The notes below the pieces were generated by a model. The model was not told the DNA's origin and searched no databases. It was given only the letters and a program-made list of their open reading frames with translations. A stretch of DNA of 64,000 bases, from positions 24,897 through 88,896 of the forward strand of contig CBDDBE010000004.1 of assembly GCA_965225085.1 (NCBI GenBank), in the 5' to 3' direction. This DNA is from an uncultured Candidatus Saccharibacteria bacterium. GTDB lineage: Bacteria; Patescibacteriota; Saccharimonadia; Saccharimonadales; EFPC-124. This document shows, piece after piece, positions 1-8,838 of this stretch. Each line of letters starts with the position of its first letter. Within the stretch, counting starts at the first letter, position 1. A program made the position numbers and the translations under genes.

Positions 1-539
1 GGTTTGCTCACCAACCAGGCGAATGGTTACAGCGACTGGGTGCGGACGTTGCGGGCGCACGATTCGAAATGCTGGACTTGGCAGAGATTAATCTTCCCTT
101 TCTGGACGAGCCGGCGCTGCCCGGCGCGCCGGGCTATTATCAGCACGAGCACACCAGGCAATGGGCCGAGATGATTGACGGCGCTGATGGGTTTGTCCTG
201 GTGGCGCCAGAGTACAATCACGGGTATACTCCGGTGCTGAAGAACGCATTGGACTACCTGTATGACGAGTGGCTGCACAAACCGGTAGCTTTTGCGAGTT
301 ATGGCGGAGCGGCCGGCGGCGCACGAGCCGTCGAGCAGCTGCGGGGTGTTGTGGGTAACCTTGCAATGTACGATCTCAGCGAGCATGTAATTCTCCCGGG
401 CTATGCCAGCGGCATCGATAAGGACGGCGTGTTTGACTTCACGGAGCGTCACGACCGCACGGCTCAGGGTATGCTGCGTGAGCTTGTCTTTTGGGCTGAC
501 GTCATGAAGCGCGCTCGGCAGGACAAAGCCTCGCAGTAG
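1..539 (+). CDS. NAD(P)H-dependent FMN reductase family oxidoreductase (5' end cut by window edge)
   Basis: Frame is open from base 3 to the stop at 537-539, so the listed ATG at 69 is probably internal. The LVAPEYNHGYTPVLKNALDYL...ASYGG region resembles flavodoxin-like NADPH-dependent FMN reductases. Confidence 0.6.
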   Translation, partial: FAHQPGEWLQRLGADVAGARFEMLDLAEINLPFLDEPALPGAPGYYQHEHTRQWAEMIDGADGFVLVAPEYNHGYTPVLKNALDYLYDEWLHKPVAFASYGGAAGGARAVEQLRGVVGNLAMYDLSEHVILPGYASGIDKDGVFDFTERHDRTAQGMLRELVFWADVMKRARQDKASQ

Positions 540-585
540 CCCGGCCCTCTGGTGTTTCGCGGCATCATGGGACATAATGGTGCAT

Positions 586-753
586 ATGAATAGCAAACTG
601 CTTTTGCAAGCGAGTGTCATCGGTGCGGCAGCCGTCACATATATTGCTATGCTTATTTTTCATTTCTATATCTTTAGTGTCTTTACCCTTTTCTTTATCT
701 TGTTGGGTGCGGCAGCAGGTGTTATCGTTGCGTATAAGGTCAGATTCAGATAA
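586..753 (+). CDS. small hydrophobic protein (55 aa, two predicted TM segments)
   Basis: ORF is below the track cutoff: ATG 586, TAA 751-753. Translation is MNSKLLLQASVIGAAAVTYIAMLIFHFYIFSVFTLFFILLGAAAGVIVAYKVRFR. There is no homology evidence. Confidence 0.3.
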   Translation: MNSKLLLQASVIGAAAVTYIAMLIFHFYIFSVFTLFFILLGAAAGVIVAYKVRFR

Positions 754-767
754 GGAGCTGGAACGGC

Positions 768-1895
768 GTGAAAGTCAAAATAGAGATTGATACCAGGACA
801 TTTGTACGGCTATTCCTGGTCGCGGCTGGGTTTTGCGCGGCGGTTTTTGTACTGTGGCGGCTGATACCGTCGCTGATGATCGTGCTTGTCTCGTTCTTTT
901 TGGCGATGGCACTGAACCCGCCGGTGTCTTCGTTGGCGCGACGATTGCCGGGGCATAGCCGCGTGCTTGCCACGGCGGTTAGCTACATAATTGTGTCGTC
1001 GATCATTGGATTTTTTGTCTATGTAGCTATCCCACCGATCGTCCGTCAGACGACGAGTTTTGTAGAGTCCCTCCCTGCCTACATCGAGGATGTCAGCCAT
1101 CAGCGAGGCGTAGTGTCCGACCTTATTAAAAAATACAATCTGCAAGACGACGTCAACCAGTTCGTATCTGGGGCTCGGCAACAGGCTGGCAACATTGTAC
1201 AGGGTGTAGGTGGTAGCGTGGTGACGGGTGTCACGACGTTCCTAAGCGGTTTCGTGACAGTAGTGACGGTTCTGGTACTGACCTTTCTGGCGCTTATTGA
1301 AGGGCCGAGGTGGATGGAGCGTATATGGAGCGTATACACTGACCGACACCAGCTCGAGCACCATCAGTACCTGTTGGGCCGAATGTATACTGTTGTGACG
1401 CGATACGTCACCGGCCAGGTCTTTGTGGCAACGCTTGCGGGCGCATCGGGGCTGCTGGTATTGTTCGCCATGACGTCGTTCTTTGTTGTGCCGCTCACGG
1501 CGGTGTTGCCGCTGGCGTTTCTAATCTTTTTGACTGATCTGGTGCCGATGATTGGAGCGATTATCGGCGCGACTATTGTCGTGTTTGTGCTGATCTTTAA
1601 CGACCTGGGCGCGGCGGTCGCATTTGCCATTTACTTCTTCATCTATCAGCAGATCGAAAATAACCTCATCCAACCTACCGTCCAAGCGCGCACTATCGAG
1701 CTCAGCGCATTGACAATTCTGGTTGCGGCGATCATTGGCTTGAACCTGCTGGGGCCAGTCGGTGGTTTCCTGGCCATTCCGGCGGCGGGCTGCCTGCGTG
1801 TGCTGATTTTGGATTACCTAGAGCGCCGCAAGCACGCCAAATTGCCGCGCAAGGGCTGGGGGCGATTGGCTCGATCGAAGGCTGCTGAATCATAG
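768..1895 (+). CDS. AI-2E family transporter (UPF0118/PerM-like)
   Basis: GTG start at 768 with AAGGAG at 752-757. Multi-pass membrane protein with the YQQIENNLIQP motif region typical of the AI-2E family. Confidence 0.75.
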   Translation: MKVKIEIDTRTFVRLFLVAAGFCAAVFVLWRLIPSLMIVLVSFFLAMALNPPVSSLARRLPGHSRVLATAVSYIIVSSIIGFFVYVAIPPIVRQTTSFVESLPAYIEDVSHQRGVVSDLIKKYNLQDDVNQFVSGARQQAGNIVQGVGGSVVTGVTTFLSGFVTVVTVLVLTFLALIEGPRWMERIWSVYTDRHQLEHHQYLLGRMYTVVTRYVTGQVFVATLAGASGLLVLFAMTSFFVVPLTAVLPLAFLIFLTDLVPMIGAIIGATIVVFVLIFNDLGAAVAFAIYFFIYQQIENNLIQPTVQARTIELSALTILVAAIIGLNLLGPVGGFLAIPAAGCLRVLILDYLERRKHAKLPRKGWGRLARSKAAES

Positions 1896-1896
1896 G

Positions 1897-2511
1897 ATGA
1901 AGAGCGATTTTGAGGCTGCAATTCTTGCGGCAAACAAAGCTCGTTACGATGCAGCTGCCAATCCCTTGCGAAGCCATGGGCCTGATCACCATTGGCGGGT
2001 ATATCAATATACCCTGTTGTTGGCAGGCAAACTGGGTGTCACATACGATCCGGATGTGCTAGCTGGGGCGGCGCTTCTTCATGATATGGCAGCATATTAT
2101 CCCGACAGAACTGGCGAAGACTATCATGATTTTGACCATCAAATTGCCCAAGAAGTGTTGCAGGCGATTGATTTTCCTGCGAACAAATTAGATCAGGTTG
2201 TGTATGCAATTGCGCATCACGGCTCTGACCCCAAGTACAAGCAGCAAGATGAGCCCATCGAGGTAACTTTGCTTCGTGATGCGGACAAACTCGATGTGTT
2301 TGGCCCTGTTGGCGTGGCGCGAATTATTATGGTGCGGACGCTGAAGGGCGACACGCTACCCGAGATTGTTGCTGACTTTCATACCAATGGCCACTTGCTG
2401 CGCAAATGGAACTCGATCACGACCAAAGAGGCCCGCGAGATTGTAGCGGATGACTATGCATACTCGCAAGATTTCTTTGAGCGTTTGGCAAAAGACTTAA
2501 GCGAGGGCTAG
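1897..2511 (+). CDS. HD-domain metal-dependent phosphohydrolase
   Basis: H...HD...HH...D pattern (LLHDMAAYY, IAHHGSD, RDADKLD). Starts 2 nt after the upstream stop. Confidence 0.65.
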   Translation: MKSDFEAAILAANKARYDAAANPLRSHGPDHHWRVYQYTLLLAGKLGVTYDPDVLAGAALLHDMAAYYPDRTGEDYHDFDHQIAQEVLQAIDFPANKLDQVVYAIAHHGSDPKYKQQDEPIEVTLLRDADKLDVFGPVGVARIIMVRTLKGDTLPEIVADFHTNGHLLRKWNSITTKEAREIVADDYAYSQDFFERLAKDLSEG

Positions 2512-3956
2512 AGTCGATACCAAATAGGACCATGCTCGGTATCGCGCAGGCCGATGTTTTGCTGTAGCAAGTCATCGCGGATGCGGTCGGATGTAGCCCA
2601 GTCTTTCGAGGAGCGAGCTTCTTCGCGTTGCTTGATGCGTTGTTTTTGCGCGTCGGTGATGTCGTTTGAGCTCATAAGATTTAACCCGAGAATGCTATCG
2701 AGAAGCTGAAGAAAGACTATAAAATTCTCGCGTCCGGATCTTGAGACGAGTTGGGACGAAGCCTGCCTTTCAAACTCGCTGAGTGTACTGAGTAATTGGG
2801 GAGTATCCAAGTCGTTTGATAGAGCTTTTAAGATGTCGCTCTTGGCTCGCGATATAGTGAGGTCGCTTAGAGGGAGTTTTAATTTATTTTGATCGCTAGC
2901 ATCATCGTAATTGTAGTCAACAGGCTGCCAACGTAGGTCGGCCATTGCTCGATATGTTTCAAGCCGATTCTGCGCCGCATCTAGGTTTTCCCAGCTGAAG
3001 TGCACCTGCGAACGGTAGTGTGCCTGCAGAACCAGCAGTCGAAAGGCCAACGGATCGTATCCTTTGTCGATAATATCTTGAAGGGTGTAGAAGTTATTGG
3101 CGGACTTGGACATTTTCTTGCCGTCGACCAGGATGTGTTCGTTATGAACAAAGAAACGCGCCATTGTGGGATTGTCCTCGAGCGCGGTGCTCTGGGCGAT
3201 CTCGTTTTCGTGGTGAGGAAATATCAGGTCCACTCCCCCCGTATGGATGTCGAATGGTTGGCCCAGCTCGTCCCGGCTCATGACCGAGCATTCGATATGC
3301 CAGCCAGGCCGACCGGTCAGATCCTGACCGTCCAGACTGAATTCCCAGGCTGGTTCGCCGTCTTTTTGCTTTTTCCAGAGAGCAAAGTCGTGCACGTTAT
3401 CCTTGTCGTACTCGTCGTTTTGGATGCGCTGTTCGCTCGTGTTGCTGGTAGTGATCTCGAGCAACTGGCCGTACGTTTTGCCACTGTCGCGATATGCTTG
3501 AATGGAGAAATACACACCATCGTCGGCGATATATGCAAAGCCAGCCCGGTGTAGCTGTGTAACTAGTTGCTTCATGCCGTCGATGCGATCAGTAGCGCGC
3601 ACAAATGTCACAGTATCTACATCGTTGCCGATGCGCCGCATGTCCTGGAGGAAGATGTCGATGTAGTCGCTCGTGAGTTTGTGGAGAGCGTCGCGTGGAT
3701 CCATGTCGGGATAACGCTCGTGGCTGCGGCGGATCGTTTTGTCGTCGACGTCGGTGTAATTCATGACGTGTTTGGGCGCAGAACCCGTGGCAAGCTGAGT
3801 GGCTCGTCGCAATGTGTCGGCAAAAATATACGCGCTGAGATTGCCGATATGTGCGTGGTCGTAGACGGTTGGGCCACAGGAGTATATGCGAGCAACGCCG
3901 TCACGCAGTGGGGTGAATTCTTCGACTTTGCGACTCAGCGTATTGTAGAGATTCAT
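2508..3956 (-). CDS. cysS: cysteine--tRNA ligase
   Basis: Class I signatures HIGN (AHIGNL) and KMSKS, plus a GPTVYD N-terminus. Length 482 aa. Confidence 0.95.
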   Translation of the reverse strand: MNLYNTLSRKVEEFTPLRDGVARIYSCGPTVYDHAHIGNLSAYIFADTLRRATQLATGSAPKHVMNYTDVDDKTIRRSHERYPDMDPRDALHKLTSDYIDIFLQDMRRIGNDVDTVTFVRATDRIDGMKQLVTQLHRAGFAYIADDGVYFSIQAYRDSGKTYGQLLEITTSNTSEQRIQNDEYDKDNVHDFALWKKQKDGEPAWEFSLDGQDLTGRPGWHIECSVMSRDELGQPFDIHTGGVDLIFPHHENEIAQSTALEDNPTMARFFVHNEHILVDGKKMSKSANNFYTLQDIIDKGYDPLAFRLLVLQAHYRSQVHFSWENLDAAQNRLETYRAMADLRWQPVDYNYDDASDQNKLKLPLSDLTISRAKSDILKALSNDLDTPQLLSTLSEFERQASSQLVSRSGRENFIVFLQLLDSILGLNLMSSNDITDAQKQRIKQREEARSSKDWATSDRIRDDLLQQNIGLRDTEHGPIWYRL

Positions 3957-3963
3957 GGAGGGT

Positions 3964-4965
3964 TTATCCCTTGGTGCCGTCGTATTCGGTTAGGATTTTG
4001 TGCACGGCGCCGACCAAGTCGGCTTTGATCTCGTCGTAGTTGTCGCTGTAGGTGCGGAACCCTGCGACGTAGGCGTGGCCACCACCGCCAAAGTAGCCAG
4101 CGATTTGCTCGGCCACCTTGGTGCCGCTGTTGCAGCGGATTTTGCCAGTTATTTTGCCGTCGGGGTAGGTTTTGAGCGCGATTGCGACGCGCACGCCGTT
4201 TACCAGGCGCATCTCGTCGATGACCAGCATAGAGGGATTGTACTGGTGGCTGAACTCGGCAATTTCTTCCCATGGGATGTGCACCAGGGCAAGCGCGCCG
4301 TCGTTGAAGTATTCGATACGTTCAAGCAGGCGACCTTTGTAGGCCAAAATTTCGGGTGATTTCTTCATGAATTCGCGGCGTCGGGAGTCGATATCGCTAA
4401 GGGACGCGCCAAGATCAACCAGCTCGGCTACGGTGCGAATGCTGGTACTGCTGGTGTTCTCGGTAATGAGCCCTAGCGAGTCGGCCATGATAGAGACCGC
4501 CATGTGGTCGGCAGCCTGCGGGTTAATGGCCCATTTGGCGTTTTTGGCCCAGGCAAAAATCAGCTCGCTGGTTGCGACGCGAGTCGAATCTGTCATGGCT
4601 AGATGTTCGAACGGGATGGTGCCTTCGGTAACGTGGTGATCGATCACGATGGACGGATGCTGTTTGATGGTAGCGAGGTTTTCGGGCACAATTGCGCGTT
4701 CCAGCAGGGTGGCGCTGGCGGTGTCGACGATGATGCTGAGGTCAAAGTCATGCGGGAGCTCGTCCGTTACCCTATCCCAACCTTTTATATACCCTAAATA
4801 GCTCGGGATGTTGACCGGGCAGTACATTGTAACCTGCTTGCCGAGGTCGCCGAGGATTTCCTCGAGCGCCAGGCTACTGCCCAGGCTATCACCGTCGGGA
4901 TTTTCGGCTTGGATAACGACGACGCGCTTGGCGTCCTCGACGATCTTTGTTGCTTGTTCAAACAT
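3964..4965 (-). CDS. DHH/DHHA1 family phosphoesterase (NrnA-like)
   Basis: DGDSLGS, VDTAS, IDHH and GGGH motifs in the canonical order. Lies 7 nt upstream of cysS on the same strand. Confidence 0.8.
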   Translation of the reverse strand: MFEQATKIVEDAKRVVVIQAENPDGDSLGSSLALEEILGDLGKQVTMYCPVNIPSYLGYIKGWDRVTDELPHDFDLSIIVDTASATLLERAIVPENLATIKQHPSIVIDHHVTEGTIPFEHLAMTDSTRVATSELIFAWAKNAKWAINPQAADHMAVSIMADSLGLITENTSSTSIRTVAELVDLGASLSDIDSRRREFMKKSPEILAYKGRLLERIEYFNDGALALVHIPWEEIAEFSHQYNPSMLVIDEMRLVNGVRVAIALKTYPDGKITGKIRCNSGTKVAEQIAGYFGGGGHAYVAGFRTYSDNYDEIKADLVGAVHKILTEYDGTKG

Positions 4966-5173
4966 TATGTGTCTATTGTATCAGGAATGAGATCATATGC
5001 CTCGAAATGTACCGTATAGAACAGCCAAGTGCTAGTGATTGTTGGCCTCGAGTGTTTGTGCGGGCTGAGAATTTTGATCCCCGTCCGACCAGGTCTAGAG
5101 GGGTGATATTGCATTAATTTTATCATCATGGTATTGTATATTTAGTTTGTACCGACGTATCTGGGAGGATACT

Positions 5174-5452
5174 ATGGCTGGCAAAGATCCCGTCCGGGCG
5201 CTTCTGGAGGCGCAGCTCGCCATGGAGGCGGCGGCTAGGGAGCTGGGAACTGCAGAGATCTGTGCAGTCACGATGGTGCCACTTGATCCTTGGCTCGATA
5301 CTAACGCCCGGCAGAACCAGGAGCTGGCGGGCCCGAGGCGTGAACTGCAAGAGGCGACAGCCCAACGCGACGGCTGCCTCGCTGCTACGGGGATGACCCT
5401 GGAGCAGAGGCTGGCAGCTGCACGGGCCGCAGCCAAGGCGCAGCAGGGCTGA
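5174..5452 (+). CDS. hypothetical small Ala/Glu/Gln-rich protein
   Basis: GC-rich ORF with an alternative ATG at 5147. A same-strand hairpin plus T-run terminator directly downstream supports expression. No recognisable domain. Confidence 0.35.
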   Translation: MAGKDPVRALLEAQLAMEAAARELGTAEICAVTMVPLDPWLDTNARQNQELAGPRRELQEATAQRDGCLAATGMTLEQRLAAARAAAKAQQG

Positions 5453-5466
5453 TCACGGCTCGCTGG

Positions 5467-5522
5467 AGCTCTCGTTTTCCTTCATTCGGCCATTGGCCTG
5501 AAAGAAGTCGAGAGCTTTTTTC
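5467..5522 (+). terminator. rho-independent terminator
   Basis: AGCTCTCG (5467-5474) pairs with CGAGAGCT (5509-5516) around an inner GGCC/GGCC stem. Followed by TTTTTT. Confidence 0.5.
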
Positions 5523-5568
5523 ATGGTACGTTATGCTAGTAAGCCTATGCGGTGTGTGGTTGTTTAAG

Positions 5569-6174
5569 CTATATCTTTTGTCGCCCTTCGAGCGCATGGC
5601 TGAGAGTGATCTGGTCTGCGTATTCGAGGTCTACGCCAACGGGCAGGCCGCGGGCTAAGCGAGTGATTCGAACGTCGCGGTCGCCGATTTGCCTTTGGAG
5701 ATACAGCGCGGTTGATTCGCCCTCGACACTGGCGTTCATAGCCAGGATAATTTCTTCGACCTTGTCATCATCGATACGCTGCAATAGCTCGTCGATGTGG
5801 AGCTGCTCTGGGCCGATACCGTCAATGGGCGAAATGGCACCACCCAGGACGTGGTACGTGCCCTTGAACTGGCCGGTTCGCTCCAACGCTACGACATCGA
5901 GCGGCTCCTCTACAACGGCGACGAGTTGTTTGTTCCGCGCCGGGTCGGTATATAGGGGTGACAGATCCTGCCCCTTCTCGATGAGGGCGAATGTTTTGCG
6001 GCAATAGTCCACGCCATCGTGCAGGCTGGCAACACTGTGCGAGAGCTTGATGGCGATGTGCGGATCGGCGCGCAGCAAATAATATGCGTACCGTTCAGCG
6101 GTACGTGGGCCAACGCCGGGCAATTTGCCGAGTTCATCGATGAGAGTGGTGAGGGCTTTGGGGAGGATATGCAT
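5569..6174 (-). CDS. recR: recombination protein RecR
   Basis: N-terminal HhH (LPGVGPRTAERYAYYLL) and Toprim region (ERTGQFKGTYHVLGG...VEGEST). The usual C4 zinc-finger cysteines are mostly missing. Confidence 0.9.
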   Translation of the reverse strand: MHILPKALTTLIDELGKLPGVGPRTAERYAYYLLRADPHIAIKLSHSVASLHDGVDYCRKTFALIEKGQDLSPLYTDPARNKQLVAVVEEPLDVVALERTGQFKGTYHVLGGAISPIDGIGPEQLHIDELLQRIDDDKVEEIILAMNASVEGESTALYLQRQIGDRDVRITRLARGLPVGVDLEYADQITLSHALEGRQKI

Positions 6175-6228
6175 AAGCGATTCGTTACGCTTTGGGCGGC
6201 GTGCGGTGAAGCTTCGTGCTGGCCGCTG

Positions 6229-6516
6229 CTATAGTCCGAGGTTCCCTAGGCTGCCCATGAGGGGCTTCATCTTCTCGGCGGCAAATTGCTGCGAGCGGGT
6301 AATTGCGTCCTTGACGGCAGTTTCTAGCCAGCGCTCTAATTCACCAATGTCATCCAGGTCCACTTGTTCGGGATCGATTGTTATCTTCTTGATTTTCTGC
6401 TCGCCCGTAATACGCACCACAACAGCGCCGTCCCCGGCTTCGACTTCGATGATTTCGCTTGCCAGCTCCTTTTGGGCTTTTTTGATCTTCATGACCATTT
6501 TGGCTTGATTAAACAT
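6229..6516 (-). CDS. ybaB: YbaB/EbfC family nucleoid-associated protein
   Basis: 95 aa with the typical MMKQAQKMQ-like N-terminus (MKIKKAQKEL) and V.V...G..K...I.IDP core. Adjacent to recR. Confidence 0.9.
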   Translation of the reverse strand: MFNQAKMVMKIKKAQKELASEIIEVEAGDGAVVVRITGEQKIKKITIDPEQVDLDDIGELERWLETAVKDAITRSQQFAAEKMKPLMGSLGNLGL

Positions 6517-6572
6517 GGTAAATACTCCTTTTGCAATTCTTGCTTTATTGTAGCAGTTGCGGTGGCCTGCCG

Positions 6573-8066
6573 CTACTGTTGGCCGTAGATACGGAACCGC
6601 AGGGCGTCATTTTTGCGGTCGTTTACCAGCACGTCCTGGAGTGTCGGCAGTTGCTGGCGCTGAATGGGGTTCAGAAGTGGCTCGCTGGCGATGTCGACGA
6701 TAACGTTATTGGCGTCCGCAGCATCGACAAATTGTGTCGGCGTGACAACGCGTAAATGTTTGGTGACGGCGGTGTCTATTTGGTACAGCTGCTGTCGGTC
6801 GGCTGTGGTGATAAGAGTGATTCGTTGGTCACGATAAACCTTCGAGCCAATCGTTTGGGTGAGCATGACCGGGTCGGCGTTGAACGCCCCGGCTGCTGCC
6901 GCAGCGTAGGCGGTTCCCGTAAAGTACGTTTGGTAGTTGAATGTTACGAGTGACCCCATGAAAAGCGCGAGCGGTAGCAAGCCAAAAATTCGCGCATACG
7001 GGTTGCGCGGGAACAGATCGTACCAGTAGCGGAATAGCGACTGCATACCAATCGCCCCCAGGAGCATAACCGGCACAAAGATGACGTGCAGGTGTGTGGG
7101 GTTGAGCCCGATCACTGGCGTGAGGACGGCCAGCCACAGTAGCAGCACATAGCTACGGACTGAATGAGAATCGCGAAGGGTACGAATGAATCCAACCGTC
7201 GCTAATATGACGATTGGAATGCCAAGCAACGGCGTTATGAGCGTATCGATTGAGGCCTTGAACGGATTGATAAGCGTGCTGATAGCCAGTAGTAGGTCCT
7301 TGAAGAAAGCAAATGGCCCAGGCAACATTGGCGGGATAGCTAGCAGTTCGGCTATGACATGCGGATTGCGCCATATTTGCCAGCCAAGCGGCACCAGAAT
7401 TGCCAGGAAAAGGATGGTCCCGAGCGATACGCTGGTCTTCTCGGCGTAGCGAACGACATATCGGAGGTGTGGCTGAAAGGCTGTCGCAAGCGCCGACGCG
7501 GCAAACAGGTATGCCATGAGTGGCGTATAAAATGACAAGCCGATTGCGATGACACTGAGCGCTTTCCAGGCCTGGTACCCGCGGGACTGTTGTGACACTA
7601 GCGTCGCCAGCAGCAAAATAAGGCTCGTCCAGAAGACCACCATAATATCTGGCGTCCCGGTGCGGCCAAGGACTAGAAACCAGGTCGAAGTCGCGACAAT
7701 GATACCCCATGCGATCGCGACGTTCTCTTGTAGCCAGCGTCGCAGTATCAGCATCATAAAGACCATGCTAGCCGCTGCAAATACAAGTGACGGCAGCCGC
7801 ACGCCCAAGGGGCTTAGCCCGAAGAAGTGCAGGCTCCCCCATTGTGCCAGATGATACGGCAGGTCAATTGGCTGCGTGGTGTCCAGGAAATGTTGGTCAA
7901 ATACGATGTGACTGCTGGTTAGCGCACTCGATTCCTCGGCCTGGCTGAGGCCATTGGGGATTTTGGTAATAAAAAGCAGCAATAGCCCGACACTCAATAA
8001 TATCAAACAGCTATAGCCGATAAGGTGGCGGTATTTGTAGAGGGTTAATTCGTTAACGGGCCGCAT
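6573..8066 (-). CDS. polytopic membrane protein, GT-C fold glycosyltransferase-like (GT39/ArnT/PMT_2-like)
   Basis: About 12 hydrophobic segments followed by a C-terminal soluble domain. Overall architecture resembles ArnT/PMT-type lipid-linked sugar transferases. Family call is tentative. Confidence 0.5.
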   Translation of the reverse strand: MRPVNELTLYKYRHLIGYSCLILLSVGLLLLFITKIPNGLSQAEESSALTSSHIVFDQHFLDTTQPIDLPYHLAQWGSLHFFGLSPLGVRLPSLVFAAASMVFMMLILRRWLQENVAIAWGIIVATSTWFLVLGRTGTPDIMVVFWTSLILLLATLVSQQSRGYQAWKALSVIAIGLSFYTPLMAYLFAASALATAFQPHLRYVVRYAEKTSVSLGTILFLAILVPLGWQIWRNPHVIAELLAIPPMLPGPFAFFKDLLLAISTLINPFKASIDTLITPLLGIPIVILATVGFIRTLRDSHSVRSYVLLLWLAVLTPVIGLNPTHLHVIFVPVMLLGAIGMQSLFRYWYDLFPRNPYARIFGLLPLALFMGSLVTFNYQTYFTGTAYAAAAAGAFNADPVMLTQTIGSKVYRDQRITLITTADRQQLYQIDTAVTKHLRVVTPTQFVDAADANNVIVDIASEPLLNPIQRQQLPTLQDVLVNDRKNDALRFRIYGQQ

Positions 8067-8196
8067 AAATTGTTCATAATAACGTTAAGCACCATTATAC
8101 ACTAGCAGGGTCAAAGGATAAGTGTGTAGTTGGGCCTGGCCGGCCCTGCCGCATCCGCTATAGAGCGAATGAGCGCAGGGCCAGCCAAGGCGACGG

Positions 8197-8775
8197 TTAC
8201 TCTACCGGACGTAGCGAGAGGCCTTTGGCGTTGAGCGCTTCGACGATCGACTCGAGGCCTTTAGGTCCAATGCTTCGCAGACCCCGGATGTCGTCGGCTT
8301 TCAGCTCGCAGAGTCCTCTGAGGGTGAAGACGCCTTTCTGCTGCCGGTCTCCCCAGGCAAGCGGCCTCCAGAATCTTGTTGGGATGCCAATCTCCAGGAA
8401 GGGGTTGAATCCCGTTCCCTCTGGCGCCCTCTCGAGCAAGTGGAACGTACCACCGAGTATGAGCGGCACGCCGTTCCTGCCGCATATGTCGGTGATATAT
8501 GGGGCCGAGTGTCCCACGAGCTGAGAGACCTCTTGGGCGGTGTGGGCGCGGCTAGCCTCGCCCTCCCCTATGCCCAGCCTCAAACTGAAGGCTTGCAAAT
8601 GCCACAGCGGACAGCCCGTCCAACTGAAGAGGATTCTCAGCTGTTCAGGACTTGCGTGCCGCTCCAGCTTTACCGATGGGTTCCGCTCGGGCCGTTCCAG
8701 GGCGGCTAGAATGTCCTCGCGGGAGATTGTATCTCGTACGAGCCTTTTCCACGCAGCTTCATCGAAGTGTCCCAC
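8197..8775 (-). CDS. hypothetical protein with sigma-70 region-4-like HTH and C-terminal HhH (RpoA-CTD-like) segment
   Basis: LRLGIGEGEASRAHTAQEVSQLVGHSAPYITDI resembles sigma region 4. LRSIGPKGLESIVEALNAKGL resembles a helix-hairpin-helix. A GC-rich hairpin lies directly downstream (core 8142-8182). Confidence 0.4.
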   Translation of the reverse strand: MGHFDEAAWKRLVRDTISREDILAALERPERNPSVKLERHASPEQLRILFSWTGCPLWHLQAFSLRLGIGEGEASRAHTAQEVSQLVGHSAPYITDICGRNGVPLILGGTFHLLERAPEGTGFNPFLEIGIPTRFWRPLAWGDRQQKGVFTLRGLCELKADDIRGLRSIGPKGLESIVEALNAKGLSLRPVE

Positions 8776-8838
8776 GGTCGATCCTTTCGTAGAGCGAGTG
8801 GACTTCTATACTATAAACTGTTTTGATTTTTTATCAAA

